This document shows positions 1-7,481 of a DNA stretch of 17,732 bases, piece by piece. Below the pieces are notes generated by a model. The model did not search any database. It was not told the origin of the DNA and saw nothing but the letters and a program-made list of their open reading frames with translations. The DNA comes from Campylobacterota bacterium (GTDB lineage: Bacteria > Campylobacterota > Campylobacteria > Campylobacterales > Sulfurovaceae): the NCBI GenBank assembly GCA_034722955.1, contig JAYEOM010000040.1, positions 1-17,732 on the forward strand, in the 5' to 3' direction. The translations under genes were made by a program, and so were the position numbers. Numbering within the stretch: the stretch's first letter is position 1; the number at the start of each line of letters is the position of its first letter.

Positions 1-47
1 AAAACTTACAGTAAAAACTAGTATCCATAGTGTTTTAATATCTCACC

Positions 48-112
48 GAGGGAGTCAGGTGATTCATGATTCATTGCTTTGCAACAAATCACAAATCACC
101 AGACCCCTCTAC
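48..112 (-). repeat. GTAG-led long imperfect hairpin (REP-like / mini-element)
   Basis: Arms 54-77 and 81-104 pair at 19/24 positions around a 3-nt loop. Four of the five mismatches are A.C, which become G.T wobbles on the minus strand. The minus strand begins GTAGAGGGGTC. Confidence 0.7.
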
Positions 113-135
113 CTACACTATGACCAAATAAATGT

Positions 136-205
136 GTCAGGTGATGCTAATGCTATCATTCCATCCCATCGCTAATGGCTATGGTTGTTAGCATCACCCC
201 TTTAC
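136..205 (-). repeat. Second inverted-repeat mini-element
   Basis: Perfect 11-bp IR GGTGATGCTAA (140-150) / TTAGCATCACC (188-198). It shares TCAGGTGAT with 55-63 and 16996-17004. The minus strand begins GTAAAGGGGT. Confidence 0.6.
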
Positions 206-299
206 CCCATAAAATTCCTTTTTAGATAATGGTTGAATAGAACCATAAATTTCCGCTAGGTAATTTATTGCGTTCCTATGTTTTGTTGTATCTGAACTT

Positions 300-581
300 T
301 TATGACGGTTTATTTTTCTTAAAAATCTTCATCATTTCAATTGTATTTCTTTCTAAACTTACTTGATAAACAATGGTATACTTTTTATAAGTCATATCTC
401 TAACATTTTTATCGTTGAAGTAATATGAGGGTGGATACATGTATGGATTGTCTAAAATTGATTTTGTATTATTTTTGAGTTCTTTGCTGAATTTTTTACT
501 TGCAGAAGGTTTGTCATTTGCTATATATTTAAGTATATCTTTTAACTCTTGTGAAAAATCTGGATTATTGATTATTCTCAT
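300..581 (-). CDS. Type II TA toxin, RelE/ParE family
   Basis: 93 aa basic protein with the RelE/ParE pattern (F..EL..I..YIA.D.P.A...F; NPYMY; R....KKYTIVYQV). ATGA overlap with the upstream small acidic ORF. Confidence 0.85.
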   Translation of the reverse strand: MRIINNPDFSQELKDILKYIANDKPSASKKFSKELKNNTKSILDNPYMYPPSYYFNDKNVRDMTYKKYTIVYQVSLERNTIEMMKIFKKNKPS

Positions 582-823
582 TTTTGTAGGGTTTCTACAA
601 AACTATCTATATAATCCCAAAAATCATCATTTTCTATCATTTGAACTTTACCGTTATCAATGTTATTTTTGATTTGATGTAACTCTTTTTGTCTCTCATA
701 AAAATAAGAGTCTTGTTCTAAATTTTTATCTTTTGTGATAGTTATACTGTCACTATGGTTATTAACATAACTCATAAAATCATTAACATAATCATCTTGG
801 ATTTGTATTGCCATAGTTTGCAT
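578..823 (-). CDS. Cognate antitoxin of the RelE/ParE toxin
   Basis: Small acidic protein directly upstream of and coupled to the toxin. The ATG at 823 follows a GGAG RBS, so it is preferred over the TTG at 835. Confidence 0.75.
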   Translation of the reverse strand: MQTMAIQIQDDYVNDFMSYVNNHSDSITITKDKNLEQDSYFYERQKELHQIKNNIDNGKVQMIENDDFWDYIDSFVETLQK

Positions 824-850
824 AATATACTCCAATATTTATTTAAGTAT

Positions 851-881
851 ATTATAGCAAAACTTAAGTGAAACTCACTTA
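851..881 (-). promoter_or_regulatory. Extended -10 promoter and palindromic operator of the TA operon
   Basis: TGCTATAAT on the minus strand at 851-859. Perfect palindrome TAAGTGA-AAC-TCACTTA at 865-881. Confidence 0.65.
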
Positions 882-964
882 TTGATAAATACAGGGTCAA
901 GTCTTCACTATTTACTTATTTAGTCAGACCTAAAAATAGGGTCGGGCGATAATTATAATCTTGA

Positions 965-1006
965 TGTTATAATACTAAATTAAGTGTATATCACATATAA
1001 TATACA
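965..1006 (+). promoter_or_regulatory. Promoter(s) and operator for the PIN-remnant/antitoxin operon
   Basis: TGTTATAAT at 965-973. A second TATAAT at 996-1001 lies 6 nt before ATG 1008. Inverted repeat TGTATAT-N8-ATATACA at 985-1006 overlaps it. Confidence 0.55.
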
Positions 1007-1007
1007 T

Positions 1008-1067
1008 ATGTATAAAATTGTGATTGATACTACTGCTGAATTATTTGATAAAGGAGTACTATTATGA
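1008..1067 (+). pseudogene. Internally deleted PIN-domain toxin remnant (19 aa)
   Basis: Translates MYKIVIDTTAELFDKGVLL*: a PIN-like N-terminus (KIVIDT) joined to a PIN-like C-terminal tail. The stop overlaps the antitoxin start (ATGA). Confidence 0.65.
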
Positions 1068-1294
1068 ATGTTGCACTACGATTGCCAGAGTCATTAGGAT
1101 TGAGTCTTAAAGCATTTTCAAAACACGAAAACATCTCTATGAACCAGTTTATAGCCACGGCTATTGCTGAAAAATTATCGACGCTACAAACGTATGATTA
1201 TTTGCAAGAAAAAGCCGACAATGGAAGTGCAGAGCATCTACTTTCTATGCTTCAAAAGGTACCTGGTCGTGATGCTGAGGATTTTGATAAATAA
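1064..1294 (+). CDS. Ribbon-helix-helix (CopG/HicB-like) antitoxin
   Basis: LRLPESL...K.E.ISMNQFIATAIAEKL RHH signature. AAGGAG RBS. This family is commonly paired with PIN toxins. Confidence 0.8.
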   Translation: MNVALRLPESLGLSLKAFSKHENISMNQFIATAIAEKLSTLQTYDYLQEKADNGSAEHLLSMLQKVPGRDAEDFDK

Positions 1295-1308
1295 GAAGTT
1301 TAGTGGTC

Positions 1309-1334
1309 ATATTCAACGCCTGACCCGTAGTGTG
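1309..1334 (+). repeat. 26-bp element end, identical inverted copy at 17531-17556
   Basis: ATATTCAACGCCTGACCCGTAGTGTG matches the reverse complement of 17531-17556 at 26/26. It runs into further GTAGTG units (1337, 1344). Confidence 0.9.
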
Positions 1335-1387
1335 GCGTAGTGGGTAGTGTTTTTCCAACGCACCATTGATTACGCAAAAAGTATTTT

Positions 1388-1493
1388 GTAGGTTTGGCAC
1401 TGCTAAACGATTAATCGGATTTTGGTCAACATAAATGGTTATGATTTTATCAATTTGATATTTGGCTATGGCGTTTGGTGGTACCAAACCTAC
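1388..1493. repeat. REP doublet (REPIN-like)
   Basis: GTAG-GTTTGG-CACTG-CTAAAC (+, 1388-1408) and GTAG-GTTTGG-TACCA-CCAAAC (-, 1473-1493). Each is GTAG plus a hairpin; the two are inverted and 17/21 identical. Confidence 0.75.
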
Positions 1494-1517
1494 CCGATTG
1501 TACCATTGTTGGTAGTC

Positions 1518-2837
1518 TTATTGACCCCTACTGCCTACTACTGAGACTATCTTTTCCAGTAGGTCTTTGGCACTATCATCCCAAGTTGGTATATTTATAC
1601 CGGATCTATCTACAGATATCAAAGTACTTCTCCCCTGCTCAATATCAGTAAGAGTCTCGACTAGAGCACTCTGCTGTTCTATATCAAAATAGGTTATATT
1701 GTCTCTGCCAACCTCTCTATGGATGGGAGTATCACTTGCCAATACCGGTAGTCCATTGTGCAGACTCTCTATGATAGGCAATCCATAACCCTCTACAATA
1801 GAGGGGAACAGCAGTGCAGTAGAGTGTCTGTAGCAGTAGTTGAGCTCCGCATCATCAAGATCATCAAATATCCATAGCTTATCTCCATACTCTTCAGACT
1901 CTCTCATCTCTTGCAGTAGTGACTCTGTCTTCCATCCTGCTCTACCTACAACCACCCAGATAGCATCACTGCCACCCCTCCACAGTGTCCCAAAGGTATC
2001 AAAAAGATAACGATGATTTTTGCGTGGTTCTATGGTAGAGACTGTCAAGTAGATCGGTTTTTCATCTGCATATACTCTCTTGAGATCCTCTCTGGTGGAT
2101 ACCTTGTAAGCCTGAACCTCTTGCAGATCAGATCCCAGCTCAAAGTAGTCAAAACGATACTTCTCTATATCTGCACCCTGACCTTTGAGATATATTTTCA
2201 AATCACTCATAACTGTCTTGGAGATAGAGATATATCCATCAAAATATATCATGGATCTACTATACCAATCATCAAATACTCTACCTAGCGTATCATCACA
2301 AAATTGAGGATGTGAAATAGGGATCAGATCATAAGTCACTCCTATGACTTTAACTCCCCTCTTTTTGGCAAATGCTACACTTTGCCAAACATTTAGATAC
2401 CAGCTAGAGTCAAGCATCAAGAGTATATCATCCTCGTAGAGTCTCTGGGCTTTAGTAAAGGATGCTAAATATAGCTCTATCTTTCGTTCGACTCTCTGCT
2501 GGATATTTTGCCATTTGGATAACTTCCAGTAAGAGTCTATTTTTGTTTGATCTATTTTGATCATGGCACCATTTACCAGTGCTACAGTGACCAATTCCAT
2601 ACCATTTTCCTGAGCATATCTACCGATATGATGGACTATGTTTCGCATAACCCTCTGAATACCGGTATTGACATTGGTACTATAGATATAGGTGCAGTCT
2701 ATCAATAGTTTCTGCTGTTGATCTATTGGACGATGCACGAGAGAGCTATCTCTCATTTTTGAGACAATAGCACTGCCTATAGATGATGATATACCATCCA
2801 AGTATCTCAGACTATTTTTGATAGTTTGCTTCATCAC
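1518..2837 (-). CDS. GT4-family glycosyltransferase (surface polysaccharide)
   Basis: TGIQRV, YDLIPI.HP, VSTIEPRKNH, FPSIVEGYGLPIIE and ASDTPIHRE motifs. Start is GTG 2837 or ATG 2834. Confidence 0.9.
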   Translation of the reverse strand: MMKQTIKNSLRYLDGISSSIGSAIVSKMRDSSLVHRPIDQQQKLLIDCTYIYSTNVNTGIQRVMRNIVHHIGRYAQENGMELVTVALVNGAMIKIDQTKIDSYWKLSKWQNIQQRVERKIELYLASFTKAQRLYEDDILLMLDSSWYLNVWQSVAFAKKRGVKVIGVTYDLIPISHPQFCDDTLGRVFDDWYSRSMIYFDGYISISKTVMSDLKIYLKGQGADIEKYRFDYFELGSDLQEVQAYKVSTREDLKRVYADEKPIYLTVSTIEPRKNHRYLFDTFGTLWRGGSDAIWVVVGRAGWKTESLLQEMRESEEYGDKLWIFDDLDDAELNYCYRHSTALLFPSIVEGYGLPIIESLHNGLPVLASDTPIHREVGRDNITYFDIEQQSALVETLTDIEQGRSTLISVDRSGINIPTWDDSAKDLLEKIVSVVGSRGQ

Positions 2838-2845
2838 CAGAACTT

Positions 2846-3625
2846 TTATTTTACGATAAACCAGGGGTTGAGAAGACTCCTTTTATTGTACACCAATGGT
2901 TTTTGATCTCTCTTGGCTATCTTTTGGTCATACTGATAACTCATCTTGCCACTCTCCCGAACAATCGCATCCGCAGCAGCTGTATCCCACTCCATAGTCG
3001 GTGCCATTCTTGGATAGATATCTGCATCACCTTCGGCTATCATGACTAGCTTCAGAGAAGAGCCCTTGGATACTTGCTCGATAGAGTTGGTCTCCTTTGC
3101 CAACTGATCGATAAAAGCTTGTGTCTCCTCAGATAGGTGAGACTTGGAAGCTACTACTCTTAGGTACTCATCAGGAGTTGCATTGATCTCTAGTGGCAGT
3201 AGTTGCCCATTTTTAAAAGCACCCTCTCCTCTTTTTGCCCTGTACATATCACCTAGTACTGGGGCATAAACAACACCTAGCACTGGAGTATCTCTATGTA
3301 TAAGTGCTATATTTACTGTAAACTCTCCATTTCTTTTGACAAACTCCTTGGTGCCATCTATCGGGTCAATGCACCAATAGTACTCCCAATCTTCTCTCTC
3401 TGGATAAGGAATTTCTCTATTCTCCTCTGAGAGTATAGGTATCTCAGGATAAGCAGCCTCCAGTGCACTACAGATGATCTCATTTGACTTTATATCTGCT
3501 TCTGTCAAAGGTGAGCTATCCTCTTTGTACTCAACTCTAAAATCTCTATCATATATCTCCATGATCGCATCACCGGCACTCTGTGCTATATCTGTAATAG
3601 TATCTATATCAATCTTATCAAACAT
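2846..3625 (-). CDS. cysQ: 3'(2'),5'-bisphosphate nucleotidase
   Basis: [48 protein letters not shown]. Confidence 0.95.
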   Translation of the reverse strand: MFDKIDIDTITDIAQSAGDAIMEIYDRDFRVEYKEDSSPLTEADIKSNEIICSALEAAYPEIPILSEENREIPYPEREDWEYYWCIDPIDGTKEFVKRNGEFTVNIALIHRDTPVLGVVYAPVLGDMYRAKRGEGAFKNGQLLPLEINATPDEYLRVVASKSHLSEETQAFIDQLAKETNSIEQVSKGSSLKLVMIAEGDADIYPRMAPTMEWDTAAADAIVRESGKMSYQYDQKIAKRDQKPLVYNKRSLLNPWFIVK

Positions 3626-4220
3626 CCAAATATCCTCTCTCCTCTAAATAGTTTACAATCTGATCTGCAACCTCATCTATACTCACTCCATCATTGACAG
3701 AGTGTATCTCTGGCTCTACCGGTGATTCGTATGGAGATGAGACTCCTGTAAAATTTGGGATTTCGCCCGCTCTTGCTTTTTGATACAAGCCCTTTGGGTC
3801 TCTACTCTCACAAGTCTCCAGTGGAGTATCAATATATACTTCGATGAATTCACTCTCTCCCACCAGAGCCCTCACTGCATCTCTCTCTCTTTGAAATGGT
3901 GAGATAAATGCACTCAATACAATCACTCCGGCATCAACAAAGAGTTTTGATACCTCTCCAATACGACGAATATTTTCCACTCTATCTTCATCTGAGAAAC
4001 CAAGTCCGCTATTGAGTCCCATACGGATATTGTCACCATCGAGAAGATAAGTGTGTCTACCCATAGAGATTAGTCTACTCTCTACAGCATTGGCAATAGT
4101 CGATTTGCCTGAACCGCTCAAGCCTGTAAACCAGATGATACACGGCTTTTGTTTTTTTATAACTGCACGATCATCTTTTGTGACTTGATGGTCATGCCAA
4201 ACTATATTTTTGTCTAAAAT
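3618..4220 (-). CDS. cysC: Adenylyl-sulfate (APS) kinase; start codon non-canonical or lost
   Basis: The frame extends upstream of the track start as [18 protein letters not shown]...[13 protein letters not shown]. Also [25 protein letters not shown] and FTGVSSPYE. Confidence 0.9.
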   Translation of the reverse strand: MLDKNIVWHDHQVTKDDRAVIKKQKPCIIWFTGLSGSGKSTIANAVESRLISMGRHTYLLDGDNIRMGLNSGLGFSDEDRVENIRRIGEVSKLFVDAGVIVLSAFISPFQRERDAVRALVGESEFIEVYIDTPLETCESRDPKGLYQKARAGEIPNFTGVSSPYESPVEPEIHSVNDGVSIDEVADQIVNYLEERGYLDV

Positions 4221-4241
4221 AGTATACCCTTTTGTTGAAAA

Positions 4242-5087
4242 TCAATCTACTTTTGAAGAGAGTAGTCTTCGTCTAAATAGTACAAATATTATCAATATAC
4301 CTACTATACCAAGAGCAACTGCATAGAGTAGATTTAGAAGATATGGATATCTAAGTATCCAGTAAAATAGATTTATATCTCTTTCCATCTGCTCAAATAC
4401 TAAGCTATATTCACTATCGATAGCTTTAGTATCTTTAGTGCCAATAGCTTCACTAAGATCATCTATGATGCTCTGATCTGCTTTGGAGACTATATCTACC
4501 ATTAGAAAACTTGTTGTAATACCAAAAGCTGAAGCTTCCATTTTGTTGATACTGACACTTCCTACTCTGGTGGTATCGGATGATATCTCATAGGTCTCTA
4601 CCAGCTTTGATACTTGGACTATCTCTTTGAGTCTCATAGGGTACTCTAAGCCATCCTGCTTCAATCTATCCAAAAAAGATTGCCGCTCTCTTCTCTTGAC
4701 CAGACTAAGAAGCTGATGCTTCTCTTCAAATGTCTTGACACTATTGTAGTGTTTCACAGGGAAATGGTAAGTAACATTACTATCAGATGAGTACTCTATC
4801 TTTTCACGATACCTCACTCTCTTCCTCTTTTTGGTAAGATACTCAACCGCCCTGTAGCGAATAAACCCATCTCTTTTCAAATATGAGAGCTCCGGAAGAT
4901 CAAAATATATCTCAAAGATCTTATCCTCTCTATCCTCAACTCTGTAGCTCTTGGTTGCGAAATACTCTTTTATACTTTGTTGGACACTCTCAAAAGATCT
5001 CTCCACCACATAGAGATGATGCGAAGTAGCATTTGCACTATTTGCCAATAGAAGCCAAAAGGCAAGGAGCCAAACTCTAGCGATCAT
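4242..5087 (-). CDS. Exported, C-terminally anchored protein with a CYTH/TTM-like segment
   Basis: Signal-peptide-like N-terminus ending ANA. IYFDLPELSYLKRDGFIRYR resembles the CYTH YFDT....L.....LR.R motif. C-terminal hydrophobic helix followed by RRR. Confidence 0.55.
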   Translation of the reverse strand: MIARVWLLAFWLLLANSANATSHHLYVVERSFESVQQSIKEYFATKSYRVEDREDKIFEIYFDLPELSYLKRDGFIRYRAVEYLTKKRKRVRYREKIEYSSDSNVTYHFPVKHYNSVKTFEEKHQLLSLVKRRERQSFLDRLKQDGLEYPMRLKEIVQVSKLVETYEISSDTTRVGSVSINKMEASAFGITTSFLMVDIVSKADQSIIDDLSEAIGTKDTKAIDSEYSLVFEQMERDINLFYWILRYPYLLNLLYAVALGIVGILIIFVLFRRRLLSSKVD

Positions 5088-5721
5088 CTCTATCTCTACC
5101 CCAGCTTTTATGTGCTTTGGCTATCAACTCTTCTGCTTTATTGCTACTCATATAGCCCATAAAGTGCATCTTGTTACCTTTGTACCCCTCAAACCAATAG
5201 CGTACTATCTCTATAACCCCTGGAAACTCTATCATCATCTCTCCCAAGCTATCTACTCTTGAAAATGGGCTATTCAGTGGAACTGCAATGATCTTATCAT
5301 CCTGTTCACCACTGTCTAAGAGCTTGATGGCACCTAAGATTTTTACCTTTTGGACTGATCCTCTCTCTACGGCAGAACCTAGAACTATGATATCCAGCGG
5401 ATCGCCATCTCCGCCATCATCTTTGTCTAAAATAGTTTGTGGTATAAAGCCATAATTCCCAGGATAACCCAAATAGTTAACACTTCTTGGATGGTTGTCT
5501 CTGAACTCCCACTCAAGATGACCTGTTTTATGGTTTACTTCCCACTTGTCGGTTGTACCCGCAGGTATCTCTATGAGAGCACTATAGAGACTCCTCTTGT
5601 ATGGTATATCATCTACTAGATGGATATTGGAGAGTATCTTGTACTCTCCGCTAGGTACCAGATCTATCTCATTAGCCATCATAAAATAGAGAGTAGCAAT
5701 AAGTAAAAATAGTATCTTCAT
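5077..5721 (-). CDS. ppa: Family I inorganic pyrophosphatase with signal-peptide-like N-terminus
   Basis: IEIPAG...KWE, YPGNYGFIPQT, DGDPLD, DSGEQDDKIIAV, F..YK. N-terminus MKILFLLIATLYFMMA. Confidence 0.9.
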   Translation of the reverse strand: MKILFLLIATLYFMMANEIDLVPSGEYKILSNIHLVDDIPYKRSLYSALIEIPAGTTDKWEVNHKTGHLEWEFRDNHPRSVNYLGYPGNYGFIPQTILDKDDGGDGDPLDIIVLGSAVERGSVQKVKILGAIKLLDSGEQDDKIIAVPLNSPFSRVDSLGEMMIEFPGVIEIVRYWFEGYKGNKMHFMGYMSSNKAEELIAKAHKSWGRDRDDR

Positions 5722-6404
5722 ACTTGAGCCAAATCACCAGAGTAAGTAATAAGTGTTGCTTTTAGTATCTTATCATCTTTGTGCAACTTATTCATAAATG
5801 AAGTATCATTATCTTTGAGTCGTACCTCTGCAGTTACCTCTTCATATTGAGGTGTGATGGTTTTAGACTTCAGCATAAATCTTTCGACTGATTTTCTGAT
5901 CTCTTTCACTGTAGATTCTGCACTAGAGGTTGTTGGTACTAGCAGATAGGGTTGCTCCTCCTCTGGCTTGCGAGTCATAAAGAGTAGAACTATTGTGATA
6001 ACTACAGAACCTATGATAGAGATATTGAAATACGATACCCCATTTGCGATACCTACGGTAATAGCCCAAAAGATAAATACCAAATCCACAGGATCTTTGA
6101 TAGGAGTACGAAAACGCACAATAGAGAGTGCACCTACCATACCAAGTGAAAGTACCAAGTTGCCACTGATAGTCATGATGATAAGTGTGATAACCATAGT
6201 AATCGCTACTAGTGAAACATTGAAGCTTCTTTGGTAAAGTACTCCTTGAAATGTCTTTTTATAAACATAAAAGATAAACATCCCTATGGCAAATGATACT
6301 CCAAGGTTTATCAAGATCTCTATGGCACTAAAACGCTCCATCCCACTCTGCATCGCAACAAAGCTCTTATTGAATATATCACTATAGTTTAACTGTTCCT
6401 GCAT
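5718..6404 (-). CDS. DUF4956-like membrane protein (VTC-associated)
   Basis: Multiple TM segments. NLVLSLGMVGALSIVRFRTPIKDP signature. Soluble C-terminal domain. Confidence 0.85.
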   Translation of the reverse strand: MQEQLNYSDIFNKSFVAMQSGMERFSAIEILINLGVSFAIGMFIFYVYKKTFQGVLYQRSFNVSLVAITMVITLIIMTISGNLVLSLGMVGALSIVRFRTPIKDPVDLVFIFWAITVGIANGVSYFNISIIGSVVITIVLLFMTRKPEEEQPYLLVPTTSSAESTVKEIRKSVERFMLKSKTITPQYEEVTAEVRLKDNDTSFMNKLHKDDKILKATLITYSGDLAQV

Positions 6405-6406
6405 GA

Positions 6407-7120
6407 CTAATTATCCTCCCACTGTTCAATTTTGAAAAATCTTCTTCCTAGTGTATATTTGCTTATCGCCATTCTCTCTGCTGCGTCCAACTGTAGTACT
6501 CTATGTATGAACTCAGGCAGAACTGTCTCATATTTTATCTCCATTATCTGCTTCCCCTCTAATATTACCGGTATTGTATGTAAATTATCACTAAATATAT
6601 CATAATCTGTATTGCAAGAGTGCAGATCTTTATCAAATGTTATTCTAAGATTGAAAAAGTCAAACATAAATGCATCTCTAGTATAATCTATAATAACCTT
6701 TGGTTTATACTGTTTTGCTGTAAAAACCTTAAAAATCTTATTTAAGATAGGATTACTGTAGGTTAAAAGCTCTCCATAATCTCCATCTATGATTTTGTAT
6801 GCACTCTCCTTTGATATAGTAGCTGTCTCTTTAAAGATTTGATTATTTGCTTTATTTTTAATCTCAAATTTGACTATATCTGATTTGGTATCATAGATTC
6901 TCATCCTATATTTTGCACGAAACATTTCGCCAGACTGCTTATCATATAGAGACTCATCATCGTGCGAATCAAAATAGAGACTACGGATAAAATAACCTTT
7001 GCCTGGTATACTGTACGAATCTGGGCTAAGCACTTGCGTAAGTTTCTTTGATAGTACTTGATACTCTAAATTTGAAATATAGTATTTAAGTTCATTTCGT
7101 TTAACTTGTAGATTACTCAT
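6407..7120 (-). CDS. VTC-domain polyphosphate polymerase-like protein
   Basis: RNELKY, YFIRSLYFD, RAKYRMRIY, FEIKNK, YTRDAF, LRITFD, IMEIKY and ISKY motifs. Confidence 0.9.
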   Translation of the reverse strand: MSNLQVKRNELKYYISNLEYQVLSKKLTQVLSPDSYSIPGKGYFIRSLYFDSHDDESLYDKQSGEMFRAKYRMRIYDTKSDIVKFEIKNKANNQIFKETATISKESAYKIIDGDYGELLTYSNPILNKIFKVFTAKQYKPKVIIDYTRDAFMFDFFNLRITFDKDLHSCNTDYDIFSDNLHTIPVILEGKQIMEIKYETVLPEFIHRVLQLDAAERMAISKYTLGRRFFKIEQWEDN

Positions 7121-7481
7121 GGCTCTCTAACCTCTTATACTCTCTCAATGAAACTTCATCATTTGCATTAAGGATAATGGCTTTTTTATAATATTTTATC
7201 GCTTCACTATCTTTGCCTGCTGCCATTAGAGAGGTAGCTACATAACGATACCTTCTGCCTCTTGTTATGTTGTCATCATCTATCTTGGCAGAAGATAGAA
7301 AAGAGTCATATGCACTCTCAAGATCACCGTTTTTAAATGCAAGATGTCCAGACCTTTCGTGAGCAAGTGCTTTCTCATAGCTCAAAGGACTCAATGCCCA
7401 GAGCAGAAGCAGAGTACTACTTAGCACCGTAGTAGACAAAATAACAAATCCCAAACTTGGCAAATAGTTTTTATTGAGCAT
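7113..7481 (-). CDS. Small membrane-anchored TPR protein
   Basis: N-terminal hydrophobic helix followed by TPR-like helices (G..AFKNGDLESAYDSF; GKDSEAIKYYKKAIILN). Confidence 0.7.
   Translation of the reverse strand: MLNKNYLPSLGFVILSTTVLSSTLLLLWALSPLSYEKALAHERSGHLAFKNGDLESAYDSFLSSAKIDDDNITRGRRYRYVATSLMAAGKDSEAIKYYKKAIILNANDEVSLREYKRLESHE

Larger units (their letters stand above)
939..1326 (+). mobile_element. IR-bounded non-autonomous cassette carrying a collapsed PIN toxin and an antitoxin
   Basis: Left end GGGTCGGGCGATAATTAT (939-956) matches the reverse complement of right end 1309-1326 at 14/18. The right end is identical to the end of the element at 17539. Confidence 0.55.

Noticed and set aside
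439..672. Plus-strand 77-aa ORF
   Set aside because: Antisense shadow of the TA genes with no recognisable motif.
894..930. GGGTCAAGTCTT...TAGTCAGACC, a possible further degenerate element end
   Set aside because: Resembles the GGGTCAGG ends, but pairing is too weak to call.
1245..1487. Minus-strand 80-aa ORF
   Set aside because: Runs through REP and IR sequences and overlaps the antitoxin; probably spurious.
1..1500. CRISPR array or integron attC array
   Set aside because: No regularly spaced direct repeats, no convincing RYYYAAC/GTTRRRY-bounded sites, and no cas or integrase gene.
3618..4121. Track start of cysC at TTG 4121
   Set aside because: It falls within the P-loop; conserved sequence continues about 33 codons upstream.
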